From Verrucomicrobiota bacterium (GTDB lineage Bacteria; Verrucomicrobiota; Verrucomicrobiia; Opitutales; Opitutaceae), in assembly GCA_026398065.1 (NCBI GenBank), contig JAPLTR010000271.1, positions 1 through 57,429 of the forward strand: 57,429 bases of DNA. Reading direction: 5' to 3'. The position numbers and the translations under genes were made by a program. Below, piece after piece: positions 7,677 through 16,912 of this stretch. Below the pieces are notes generated by a model. That model saw only the letters and a program-made list of their open reading frames with translations, did not search any database and was not told the DNA's origin. The stretch's first letter is position 1. Each line of letters starts with the position of its first letter.

Positions 7677-9026
7677 ATGCCTAAATCCAACCGCAGGTTC
7701 TCCCACGATCAGGTCGTATTTTTCTACGCGCTGCTCGCCGGTCTCCCCTCGGTCGCCGTCGCCATGTATTTCCTCTGGCTGGACGATCCCGCGCCCGCGG
7801 CGAAGATCCAGTGGACGTTCACGCTGCTGATCGCGGGGTTCTGGTTCGGTTTCGCCGCCGCCACGCGCAACCGCGTCGTGCGCCCGCTGCAGACGATGGC
7901 CAACCTCCTCTCCGCGCTGCGCGAGGGCGACTTCGCCGTCCGCGCCCGCGGCGCCCGCCGGGACGAGGCGCTGGGCGACGTGATGTTCGAGATCAACACG
8001 CTCAGCCGCACGCTGCAGGACCAGCGCCTCAACGCCCTCGAGGCCACCGCCCTCCTCCGCACCGTGATGGAGGAGATCAACATCTCCATTTTTGCCTTCG
8101 ACGCCGACCGCAAGCTCCGCCTCGCCAACCAGGCCGCGCAGCTCCTGCTCAACAAGCCCGCCGAGCGCATCCTCGGCCGCGACGCCGCCGAGATCGGCCT
8201 CGCCGACTGCCTCGACGGCGAGCCGACCCGCCTCCTCCAGATCACGTTCCCCGGCGGCACCGGCCGCTGGGGCATGCGGCGCAGCCAGTTTCGCGAGGGC
8301 GGGCGGCCGCACCAGCTCGTCGTCATCGCCGATCTCAGCCGCACGTTGCGCGAGGAGGAGCTGCTCGCGTGGCAGCGCCTCGTGCGCGTCCTCGGCCACG
8401 AACTCAACAACTCGCTCGCGCCGATCAAATCCATCGCCGGCAGCCTCAGCTCGCTCCTCCGCAATCCCAAGCGCGCGCCGGACTGGGAGGACGACATGCG
8501 CAGCGGCCTCGACATCATCGCGTCGCGTTCCGAGAGCCTCGCGCGCTTCATGCAGGCCTACGCGCGCCTCGCCCGCCTCCCCCAGCCCACCGTCGCGCCC
8601 TGCGAGATCACGGACCTCGTGCACCGCGTCGTCGCGCTCGAGCGCCGCCTCCCGGTGCGCGTGCTCGGCGGGCCGAACCTCACGCTCGCCTGCGACGCCG
8701 CGCAGATCGAACAGGTCCTGATCAACCTCGTGAAAAACGCCGTCGAGGCCGCGCTCGAGCAGCGCGCCGAGGGCCAGGCCGACGCCACCGTGCGCCTCTC
8801 GTGGCGCAGGACGGGCAACGTCGCCGAACTCCTCGTCGAGGACGACGGACCGGGCATCGCGCAGACCTCGAACCTCTTCGTCCCGTTCTTCACGACGAAG
8901 CCCGAGGGCTCCGGCATCGGCCTCGTCCTCTGCCGCCAGATCGCCGAGAACCACGGCGGCTCCCTCGCCCTCGCCAACCGCCCCGGCGACACCGGCTGCC
9001 TCGCGACCCTGCGGCTGCCGGCGTAA
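7677..9026 (+). CDS. Sensor histidine kinase (2 TM, minimal external loop, HAMP, PAS-like, HisKA, HATPase)
   Basis: 449 aa. TM1 is VVFFYALLAGLPSVAVAMYFLWL, the loop is DDPAPAAKIQ, and TM2 is WTFTLLIAGFWFGFAAA. H-box LGHELNNSLAPI. ATP-lid boxes NLVKNAVEA, DDGPGI and GSGIGL. Confidence 0.9.
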   Translation: MPKSNRRFSHDQVVFFYALLAGLPSVAVAMYFLWLDDPAPAAKIQWTFTLLIAGFWFGFAAATRNRVVRPLQTMANLLSALREGDFAVRARGARRDEALGDVMFEINTLSRTLQDQRLNALEATALLRTVMEEINISIFAFDADRKLRLANQAAQLLLNKPAERILGRDAAEIGLADCLDGEPTRLLQITFPGGTGRWGMRRSQFREGGRPHQLVVIADLSRTLREEELLAWQRLVRVLGHELNNSLAPIKSIAGSLSSLLRNPKRAPDWEDDMRSGLDIIASRSESLARFMQAYARLARLPQPTVAPCEITDLVHRVVALERRLPVRVLGGPNLTLACDAAQIEQVLINLVKNAVEAALEQRAEGQADATVRLSWRRTGNVAELLVEDDGPGIAQTSNLFVPFFTTKPEGSGIGLVLCRQIAENHGGSLALANRPGDTGCLATLRLPA

Positions 9027-9041
9027 TCAAACTCAGGATAC

Positions 9042-9059
9042 GCCGCGGCCCTCCGCGGC
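9042..9059. terminator. GC hairpin in a convergent intergenic region (possible bidirectional terminator)
   Basis: GCCGCGG-ccct-CCGCGGC is a 7-bp stem with a 4-nt loop. It lies between the HK stop (9026) and the stop of the minus-strand gene (9066). There is no U-tract. Confidence 0.3.
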
Positions 9060-9065
9060 CGCGCG

Positions 9066-11729
9066 CTATCTCTCGATGAACAGCGCCCGCTGGTCGCCGA
9101 TCCCGATCCACTGTTTGGCGAACGGCAGGTAGTTGATCAGCACGCCGTTGTTGCCCTGCATCGCGTTCTTCCGGCCGTCGAACAGCATGAGCGCCCCGTG
9201 GGTGTCGTCGACCGGCACGTAGATCGCAACGAGCGTGTCGATCGTCTCCGGGATGTAGTTCGCCAGCTGCTGGCGTGCGCGCGCCTCCGCGTAGTGCAGT
9301 TGCTCGGGGGTCGGATGAAACTGCCCCTGCACGGTGATTTCAAACGGCTCCTCAATCAGCGAGCGGCGGTAGGGCCACTTGAGTTTGGCATTGCGCAGCT
9401 CCTCTGCCGTCGGCGCGTGCGGCGGACTCACGATCTGCCGCCAGGCGGTGAGATGCATCGCGAGGGACGGGGGATGCCGGATCCCCTGCCGCACGCTCCC
9501 GACCGCGAGCAGGACGCCCAGAACCCAGCCCGCGGCCACCGCGGCCCAGGTCGCCGCCTGGCGCGGGGGAAAGTTCAGCCGCACCTCGTCGGCGGGGATC
9601 GCCACCGTCTTCACCTCGGCGCAGATCCGCTTCAGTTCCGCCGTCGCGGCCGCCAGCGTCGTCGGCTGGCCGGTGGCGATGGCGAGGCGTCGGAGCTCCG
9701 TTTCACAGCGGCCGATCCCATCGCGCCAGGCCCAGGGGGTCGTCTCCGCGATCCAGCGGCCCACTGACACCGCCTGTTCACGGTTGGTCAGCAGCCGCAG
9801 GCCCAGGGCAAGCACGATGGGGGTCAGCCCCAGCAGCACGCCGGTCGGCCCCGGCACGTGGACCGCCAGCAGCAGGATGCCGCCGATGCCCGCCGCCGCA
9901 AACAGCCACCGCCGGCCAAACACCATCGGGCCCGCCTTCATCGCCAGCTCCAGCCGGCCCCAGAACACGATCTTCACCAGGGCCGCGGCCCGCTTCAGCA
10001 GCTCCGCGAGCCGCCGCTGCCGGACCTCTTCATGCGTGAGAAAACCGAACCGCGGCGCCTCCTGCTCCATCCGGGCGAGCACCAAAATCATCACGGGCGT
10101 CGGGTGCGGGACCGAGAAAACCCGCTCCACCGCGGCATCCGTCGTCATCGCATAGCGCGTTTTCATTTTCAGCCGGGTGGCCGTCAGCTCCGTTTCGCCG
10201 GTCAGCGCCAGCCGCCACAACGCCGCCGGATCGCCCAGGTCGGCCGGCTTCACGCCGACCTGTTTTTCAAAAAAGAGCTCCGCATCGAGGACCCATTTCA
10301 CCAGTTCCTCCAGCAGGTCCGCCGCGGTGTGGTCGTAGCGGCGCACCTGGGCCACCAGCGCCGGCTCGGACAGCACGATCAGCTCGGTGCGGAGGGTCGC
10401 AAACTCCTCCGGCCGATCGAGGGCCGCCCGCAGGTTTTCCGGATTCAACGCCTTTCCCTTCCACCGAAAATGCCCCTGCGCCAGGGAGTTTAGCGCGAGC
10501 GTCGCCACCACCAGGTGGCGGAGCTTGGGCTCGACCTTGGTCAGCGCGGTCGACTTCTCCAGTGCGCGCACCGACTCGATTTGCGCCCAGTCCCGGCGGT
10601 GCGTTTCCGATTCCGCCAGAAACTTGGCGAGCGTGCCGGCCTGGTTGGCGGCCAGCGCATGCTCCTCCACCCTCGCGCAATGCTCCGGGCCCAGCAGGCG
10701 GTCGGCCGCCTCCGCCGCGGAATGGCTGCGGCCGTCGATGCGAAAGAAACGTTCGAGCCGCGCGGAGTTGTAGCGTTCGACCGGCAGCTCGCCAGCCAGC
10801 CACGACCGCACGCTCTCCGCCCCCCACCGTCCGTCCATCGAGCTTGTCAGCAGGCCGCGCAACAGCCGCGCCAGCCGCGGCTCGAGCGCCCCCATCAGCT
10901 CCACCGCGCCGGCCCGCAACGTCCCGGTCGCTCGCTCAAACAGGAGCGCCTCGGCCAGCCCGCCCAGACTTTGCGGCAGACCCGCCCGCAGGTCGGGCGG
11001 CACCAGCGTCACTACGTGCCGGCCGATCATGAACTGCTGCACCACCCGGCCCACCGACCACCAGTCCCACGCGAGCAGGGCGGACCCGGGCGAATGCTTG
11101 AACAGCCCGGCCGTCTCCGGCGGCGCGTACAGCGGATCCGCCTCGATCATGATCAGGCCCTTCTGCTCGGTCTCGGTGACCCGGTCCAGTCCCCCCACGA
11201 CAAAGTGCGGGCCCGCCGGTTCCTCCCGGACGAAGATCCAGTCCGCGTTCAGTTGAAAATGCCCCAGTCCCGCGGCGTGCAGCGCCTCGACGGCCAGCGC
11301 CAGCTGCCTCACCAGTTCGGCCGTAACCTCCGCCGTCGGTTCGCTCTGATCCGCCCGCCAGCGCCGCAGCGAAACTCCCGCCACCCCCTCCCAAACCTGG
11401 ACCAGCCCGTCCGCCGTGAGGTGCGACTCGATCGGCCGCTGCCAGTGGGGACACGGGATTGCCCGCAGCCGTTCGAATCTCGCCGTCCGGCCCTTGACGT
11501 CGTCGGCCGCCGCAAACGTGCGCAACAGCACCCCTTCGCCGGTCGTGAGATCGGTCGCCTGATACCAACCGGTCGTCGCGTCCCCCCACACCCCGGACAC
11601 CTGATAGCGCCCGTTCCAACATGCTCCGACCACGACCCGCCCCGCCGCGGGCCCGGGGCGCGAAGAGGGGTCCTTCGCTTCCAGACCGACAGCCCCGGAG
11701 GCGGGGGAATCGATGGTTTCTGAGAGCAT
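9066..11729 (-). CDS. 887-aa membrane protein with an N-terminal degenerate Hanks-type kinase (pseudokinase) domain
   Basis: The kinase-fold landmarks are present but the catalytic residues are lost. VLLRTF replaces VAIK, HAAGLGHFQLNADWIFV replaces HRDLKPxN, GGLD replaces DFG, and YAPPE and WDWWSVGRVVQQFMIG are retained. A long helical middle region follows, then ~3 TM helices (aa ~608-745) and a ~140-aa C-terminal domain of unknown type. Confidence 0.6.
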   Translation of the reverse strand: MLSETIDSPASGAVGLEAKDPSSRPGPAAGRVVVGACWNGRYQVSGVWGDATTGWYQATDLTTGEGVLLRTFAAADDVKGRTARFERLRAIPCPHWQRPIESHLTADGLVQVWEGVAGVSLRRWRADQSEPTAEVTAELVRQLALAVEALHAAGLGHFQLNADWIFVREEPAGPHFVVGGLDRVTETEQKGLIMIEADPLYAPPETAGLFKHSPGSALLAWDWWSVGRVVQQFMIGRHVVTLVPPDLRAGLPQSLGGLAEALLFERATGTLRAGAVELMGALEPRLARLLRGLLTSSMDGRWGAESVRSWLAGELPVERYNSARLERFFRIDGRSHSAAEAADRLLGPEHCARVEEHALAANQAGTLAKFLAESETHRRDWAQIESVRALEKSTALTKVEPKLRHLVVATLALNSLAQGHFRWKGKALNPENLRAALDRPEEFATLRTELIVLSEPALVAQVRRYDHTAADLLEELVKWVLDAELFFEKQVGVKPADLGDPAALWRLALTGETELTATRLKMKTRYAMTTDAAVERVFSVPHPTPVMILVLARMEQEAPRFGFLTHEEVRQRRLAELLKRAAALVKIVFWGRLELAMKAGPMVFGRRWLFAAAGIGGILLLAVHVPGPTGVLLGLTPIVLALGLRLLTNREQAVSVGRWIAETTPWAWRDGIGRCETELRRLAIATGQPTTLAAATAELKRICAEVKTVAIPADEVRLNFPPRQAATWAAVAAGWVLGVLLAVGSVRQGIRHPPSLAMHLTAWRQIVSPPHAPTAEELRNAKLKWPYRRSLIEEPFEITVQGQFHPTPEQLHYAEARARQQLANYIPETIDTLVAIYVPVDDTHGALMLFDGRKNAMQGNNGVLINYLPFAKQWIGIGDQRALFIER

Positions 11730-11848
11730 GCTGCGTTAACCCCAATCGCTCGATTTCCGAACGACTTAAGGCCGATGGTATTTCTACTCTACGGCGCAGC
11801 GGGGCCTTTCCCTCTGAGTAGTCCCGCGCCGTCCGGCTTTCCGACCTG

Positions 11849-11977
11849 TCCCACTTCTGGGAAATCCACGTCCCACCAACGCGGCCTGGATCGCCGACCC
11901 GTTTTCCATCGAAAATTTCTTTCCACTCTTTTCCAACGACTTATCCACCGTCGCATCCCTTGGGCACGACCGCTGCA
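11849..11977 (+). promoter_or_regulatory. Sigma54 promoter module P2 (upstream of the MacA-like gene)
   Basis: GGGCACgaccgCTGCA at 11962-11977 has GG-N10-GC spacing. The palindrome TCCCActtcTGGGA at 11849-11862 lies 100 nt upstream of the GG. AAATTTCT at 11913-11920 sits about 50 nt upstream of the GG. Confidence 0.7.
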
Positions 11978-11998
11978 AACATCCCCGCACACACACAC

Positions 11999-13252
11999 AT
12001 GGACATCGCGCGCCCCGACCAATCCAAGCTCAAGCGGAAGAAACTCATTATCTATATCTCGGTCGCCGTCGTCATCCTCGTCGGCATCACCGTCCTCTTG
12101 GCGCGCCTCAAGCCCGCCGCCCCCACCGTCGAGCGCAACCTCGTCTGGATCGATACGGTGAAGCGCGGCCAGATGCTCCGCCAGGTCCGCGGTCTCGGCA
12201 CCCTCGTTCCCGAGGAGATCCGCTGGATCGCCGCCCGCACCCAGGGGCGCGTCGACAAGATCATCCTCCGCCCCGGCGCGATCGTCACTCCCGAGAGCGT
12301 GATCCTCATGCTCGCCAACCCCGACGTCGAGCAGGCCGCCGCCAACGCCGACTCCCAGCTCAAGGCCGCCGAGGCCGAACTCGCCAATCTCCGCGTCACC
12401 CTCCAGTCCGGCGTCCTCGCCGCCGAATCCGTCGCCGCCAGCGCCAAGGCCGACTACGAAACCTCCCGGCTCCGCTCCGAGGTCAACGAACAGCTCGCCA
12501 AGGACGGCCTCATCTCCGACCTCGACCGCCGCCTCTCCAAGGTCACCGCCGAACAGGCCGCCACCCGCAACGGCATCGAGCAAAAACGCTTCGCCTTCGC
12601 CCAGGACGCCATCGCCCCGCAGCTCGCGGTCAAACAGGCCGAGGTCGACCGCCTCCGCGCCCAGGCCCGCCTCCGCCGCGACGAACTCGAGGCCCTCACC
12701 GTCCGCTCCAGCATGAACGGCGTCCTCCAACTGCTCCCCGTCGAGGTCGGCGCGCAGGTCCAGCCCGGCTCCAACCTCGCCCGCGTCGCCGATCCCACCA
12801 GGCTCAAGGCCGAGATCCGCGTCGCCGAGACCCAGGCCAAGGACATCCTCAAGGGCCAGCTCGCCCAGGTCGACACGCGCAACGGCGTCGTCGAGGGCAC
12901 CGTCGCCCGCATCGATCCGTCCGTGCAAAACGGCACCGTCACCGTCGATGTGCTGATCACCGGCGCCCTCCCGAAGGGCGCGCGCCCCGACCTCTCCGTG
13001 GATGGCACCATCGAGCTCGAGCGCCTCACCGAGGTCGTCTACGTCGGCCGCCCCGCCTTCGGCCAGGAGAAGAGCGAGGTCGGCATCTTCAAGCTCGACG
13101 CCGAGGGCGCCTACGCCACCCGCACCCGCGTGAAGCTCGGCCGCAGCTCCGTGAACACCATCGAGATCGTCTCCGGCCTCCAGCCCGGCGACCGCGTGAT
13201 TCTCTCCGACATGTCGCCGTGGGATTCCAACGATCGCATCAAACTCAACTGA
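11999..13252 (+). CDS. MacA/HlyD-family periplasmic adaptor (membrane fusion protein)
   Basis: 417 aa from ATG 11999. Basic N-terminus plus a TM helix (KRKKLIIYISVAVVILVGITVLLA). Lipoyl/barrel-sandwich motifs (GRVDKIILRPGAIV, MNGVLQLLPVEVGAQVQPG). A long coiled-coil hairpin in between. Confidence 0.85.
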   Translation: MDIARPDQSKLKRKKLIIYISVAVVILVGITVLLARLKPAAPTVERNLVWIDTVKRGQMLRQVRGLGTLVPEEIRWIAARTQGRVDKIILRPGAIVTPESVILMLANPDVEQAAANADSQLKAAEAELANLRVTLQSGVLAAESVAASAKADYETSRLRSEVNEQLAKDGLISDLDRRLSKVTAEQAATRNGIEQKRFAFAQDAIAPQLAVKQAEVDRLRAQARLRRDELEALTVRSSMNGVLQLLPVEVGAQVQPGSNLARVADPTRLKAEIRVAETQAKDILKGQLAQVDTRNGVVEGTVARIDPSVQNGTVTVDVLITGALPKGARPDLSVDGTIELERLTEVVYVGRPAFGQEKSEVGIFKLDAEGAYATRTRVKLGRSSVNTIEIVSGLQPGDRVILSDMSPWDSNDRIKLN

Positions 13253-13321
13253 TTTCCTGAAACTTTTCACCCGGTCGGGGGCTTTACCTTCCAGCTCCTC
13301 CCTCCTCGACCCACTCCCGTC

Positions 13322-13396
13322 ATGATCGCCCTCACCATCCTCCTTGCCCTGATGATCGCCTTTGTCGCCCACGACACCGCCGACCAGCAGCGCTGA
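13322..13396 (+). CDS. Candidate 24-aa single-TM micro-protein between the adaptor and ATPase genes
   Basis: ATG...TGA encodes MIALTILLALMIAFVAHDTADQQR. Third positions are G/C-rich. It sits in an otherwise unexplained 192-nt gap. The only evidence is the ORF itself. Confidence 0.25.
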   Translation: MIALTILLALMIAFVAHDTADQQR

Positions 13397-13444
13397 GTCC
13401 TTTCCCTCCGCCTCGTCTCCACGACCAACCTACCTTCCCCCACC

Positions 13445-14146
13445 ATGTCCTCGACGAATCCCTCCCTCATCAAGCTCGACGGCGTCACCAAGGTCTTCCT
13501 CACCGACGAGGTTGAGACGCACGCCCTCTCTGGCATCCACCTCGACATCCGCCAAGGCGAGTACGTCGCCATCGCCGGCCCCTCCGGCTGCGGCAAGTCC
13601 ACCCTCCTCTCCATCCTCGGCCTCCTCGACTCCCCGAGCGACGGCACCTACACCCTCCACGGCCGCCCCGTCCAGCACCTCTCGCTCCCCGAACGCGCCC
13701 GCATCCGCAACCGCGAGATCGGCTTCATCTTTCAGTCGTTCAATCTCATCGGTGACCTCACCGTCTACGAAAACGTCGAGCTGCCCCTCACCTACCGCGG
13801 CATGCCCGCCAGCGAGCGCAAGGCCGCCGTCACCGCCGCCCTCGAGAAGGTCGGCATGGGCCACCGCGCCAAGCACCTCCCCTCCCAGCTCTCCGGCGGT
13901 CAGCAGCAGCGCGTCGCCGTCGCCCGCGCCCTCGCCGGCTCGCCCGCCGTCCTCCTCGCCGACGAGCCCACCGGCAATCTCGACTCGAAAAACGGCGACT
14001 CCGTCATGGCCCTCCTCGCCGACCTCCACAAGGGCGGCGCGACCATCGTGATGGTCACGCACGACACCCGCTTCGCCCGCCACGCCGAACGCACCATCCA
14101 CATCTTCGACGGTCGCGTCGTGCAGGAGCAGGTCGAGCAGCATTGA
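13445..14146 (+). CDS. MacB/LolD-type ABC transporter ATP-binding protein
   Basis: 233 aa. Walker A GPSGCGKST, Q-loop, signature LSGGQQQRVAVARAL, Walker B VLLADEPTGNLD, and H-loop VMVTHD. Confidence 0.92.
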   Translation: MSSTNPSLIKLDGVTKVFLTDEVETHALSGIHLDIRQGEYVAIAGPSGCGKSTLLSILGLLDSPSDGTYTLHGRPVQHLSLPERARIRNREIGFIFQSFNLIGDLTVYENVELPLTYRGMPASERKAAVTAALEKVGMGHRAKHLPSQLSGGQQQRVAVARALAGSPAVLLADEPTGNLDSKNGDSVMALLADLHKGGATIVMVTHDTRFARHAERTIHIFDGRVVQEQVEQH

Positions 14147-14214
14147 GCCGCGCGGCTCTGCGCCGCCCGGCGCCCAGGGTCTGATCAGCCCTCGCTTTCC
14201 CTCTTCCCCTTCCA

Positions 14215-16576
14215 GTGCTCTCCGACCTCCGCTTCGCTTTCCGCCAGCTCGCCAAGTCCCCCGGCTTCACCGTCGTCGCCGTCGTCGCCCTGGCCCTGGG
14301 CGTCGCCACCGCGACGACGATGTTCACGTTCTACAACGCGCTCGTCGTCCGGCCGATCCCGTTTCTCCTCCGTCCCCGATTTTAACGACATCCGGCGCAC
14401 GTCGCAGACCCTCGCCAACGCCCTCACGTCTTGGAACCGCACCTACATCCTCGGCACCGGCGAACGCCCGGAGCGCGCCCTCGGCTCCTGGATCACCGCC
14501 GATGCGTTTCAGACCCTCGGCGTCCAGCCCCACCTCGGCCGCCTCTTCCGTCCCGACGAGAGCAAACCCGGCTCCCCGCCCGTCGCGATCCTCAGCTATG
14601 CGCTCTGGAAGCGCTCGTACGGCGGATCGCCCGAGATCCTGAACCAGACCGTCACGCTCAACAACGCCCCGGTCACCGTCGTCGGCGTGATGCCCGAGGG
14701 CTTTGCCTTTCCCGAGCTTTCCCAGCTCTGGCAGCCCTTCCCCGACGACCAGCAGTCGTCCGAAAACGACCGCGGCTCCCACGGCTGGCCGATGTACGCG
14801 CGCATGAAGCCCGGCGTCACGATCGACCAGGTGCAGGCCGAGCTCGACACCCTCGCCGTCCGCCTCGAACAGGACCACCCGAAGACCAACAGCGGCCTGC
14901 GCTTCCGCGCGCTGCTCGTCCACGAGGAGGCCGTGCGCGACGAAAAGCTCGCCCTCCGGCTCATGATGGGCGCGGTCATCGCCGTCCTCCTCATCGCCTG
15001 CGGCAACGTCGCCAACCTCCTCCTCGCGCGCGCCGCCAGCCGCACGCGCGAGATCGCCATCCGCGCCGCCCTCGGCGCCGGCCGGCTCCGGCTCTTCGGC
15101 CAGCTCCTCACCGAGAGCCTCCTGCTCGGGCTGTGCGGCGGCGTCGCCGGGCTCATGCTCACGTTCTGGCAGATCGACTTCGTCCTGGGTTTCATCCCGA
15201 TCGAGATCCCGTTTTGGATCCGCTTCGACCTCGACTGGCGCGTGCTCACCTTCGCGCTCGTCGCCACCCTCGGGTCGAGCCTGCTCTTCGGCCTCGTCCC
15301 CGCGCTCCAGCTCTCCCGCCCCGACCTCGCCCATGAGCTCAAGGACGGCGCCCGCGGCGGCACCGGCTCCGGCCGCTCCCGCCGCTTCCGCAGCTACCTC
15401 GTCGTCGCCCAGCTCGCGCTCACCCTCGTCCTCCTCGTCGTCGCCGGCCTGATGACCCGCAGTTTCCTCCACCTGCAAAACACCGATCCCGGCCTCGATC
15501 CCCGCGGCGTCTTCACCTTCCGCACCGGCATCCCGCAGACCATCGAGCGGGACGAAAAGGTCTGCGCCAAATTCTTCGCGACCGCCGAACAGCGCCTGCG
15601 CGAGATCCCCGGCGTCGAGCAGGCCGGCTTCATCAGCTACCTCCCGGTCGCCAACAACTCCAACTACCACGGCTTCACCCTCGAGGGCCGCCCCGAGGCC
15701 CCGCCCGGCCAGAATCCCCACGCGCTCTTCCGCGTCGCCACACCCGGCGTCTTCCCGGCGCTGCGCATCCCCCTGCGGCGCGGCCGGCTCTTCGATGAAC
15801 GCGACCGCGCCGACAGCCCGCCCGTCGCCCTCGTCAGCGAAGCCTTCGTCCGCCAGCATTTCGCCTCCGAGGATCCCCTCGGGCGCCGCCTCTCCCTCGA
15901 GGAGCAGAAGGACGGCGAGCCGAAACGTTACGCCACCATCGTCGGCGTCCTCGGCGACATCGTCCAGCGCCCCACGGCCAAGGAACCCGAGCCATCCATC
16001 TGGATGGCGGCCGCCCAGAAACCCGAGTATTTCATGAACGCCGTCATGCGGGTGCAGGGCGATCCGGCCTCCTACCAACAGGCCGCCAAGGACGCCGTGG
16101 TCGCCGCCCGCGCCGGCATCCCCCTCTACAATCCCGCTCCGCTGACCAAGATCGCGAGCGACGCGATGTGGTCCCAGCGGTTCTTCGGCGGACTCTTCGT
16201 GGGCTTCGCCGGTGTCGCCCTCTTCCTCGCCGCCCTCGGCATCTACGGGGTCATGGCCTACTCCGTCTCCCAGCGCACCCAGGAGATCGGCGTCCGCATG
16301 GCGCTCGGCGCCGAGCCCGGGGTCGTCGTGCTCATGATCCTGAAGCAGGGACTCCTGCTCGTCGCCATCGGTCTCGCCCTTGGTTTCATCGGCGCCTGGA
16401 TCACCGCCCAGTTCCTCGCGAGCCTCCTCCACGGCATCGAACCCCACGATCCGCCCACGTTCGGCTGGGTAACTGTGATCCTGATCGGCGTGGCCTGGGT
16501 GGCCTGCTGGCTTCCGGCGCGACGGGCCGGCGCGCTGAGCAGCCGCTGGCGTTCGCGCGGCGTCAGCCGGCCATGA
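14215..16576 (+). pseudogene. ADOP-type duplicated FtsX permease, paralogue 1: 5' deletion/frameshift and non-canonical 3' end
   Basis: GTG 14215 gives the family N-terminus (M)LSDLRFAFRQLAKSPGFTVVAVVALALGVATATTMF...RPIPF, then a TAA at ~14384. The family sequence resumes in the +1 frame at ~14366 (SVPDFNDIRRTSQTL...), with roughly 20-25 residues missing. The C-terminus ends LPARRAGALSSRWRSRGVSRP instead of the family ending RRAxRVDPMxALRxE. Confidence 0.7.
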
Positions 16577-16619
16577 AAGGCAAACGCCTGCGCGCTGCCT
16601 GTGTAGGTCCACATCGCCG

Positions 16620-16832
16620 TCAGAGCCCTGCGGCCGACAACTCGCGGTCCGTGCGTTCAAAATCCGCCCGCGAAAATTTCCTCCCTGCGTCCATCTCGCG
16701 CATGAGCATGCTCACGCGTGACCGTCGCGCCGCCGCTTGCGGCTCCGCCTGCTCGCGCAAAAACTCCGCGAGCTCCAGTTTTTCAGCCGCAGTCAGTGCC
16801 TCGGCCGCTTTCTTCATTTCGGCGAGCGACAT
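16620..16832 (-). CDS. Small antitoxin-like protein (addiction-module-component-like), orphan
   Basis: 70 aa: MSLAEMKKAAEALTAAEKLELAEFLREQ...EMDAGRKFSRADFERTDRELS. It resembles the short helical 'putative addiction module component' antitoxins. It lies antisense inside the permease operon, and no intact toxin gene follows. Confidence 0.35.
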   Translation of the reverse strand: MSLAEMKKAAEALTAAEKLELAEFLREQAEPQAAARRSRVSMLMREMDAGRKFSRADFERTDRELSAAGL

Positions 16833-16912
16833 GCTGTCACCATAGCCGCCCACCCCTCTTCGTCAATCCACCACCCCCTCGCCGCGCGTTGCCCGTTGCT
16901 CGCTCCGTCCCC

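Noticed and set aside
6193-9026. Calling the regulator and kinase PilR/PilS because they are adjacent to pilus-like genes.
   Set aside because: No sigma54 -24/-12 element faces the pilus operon. All four detectable modules drive the TCS itself or exporter genes. The kinase also lacks the multi-TM PilS-type N-terminus.
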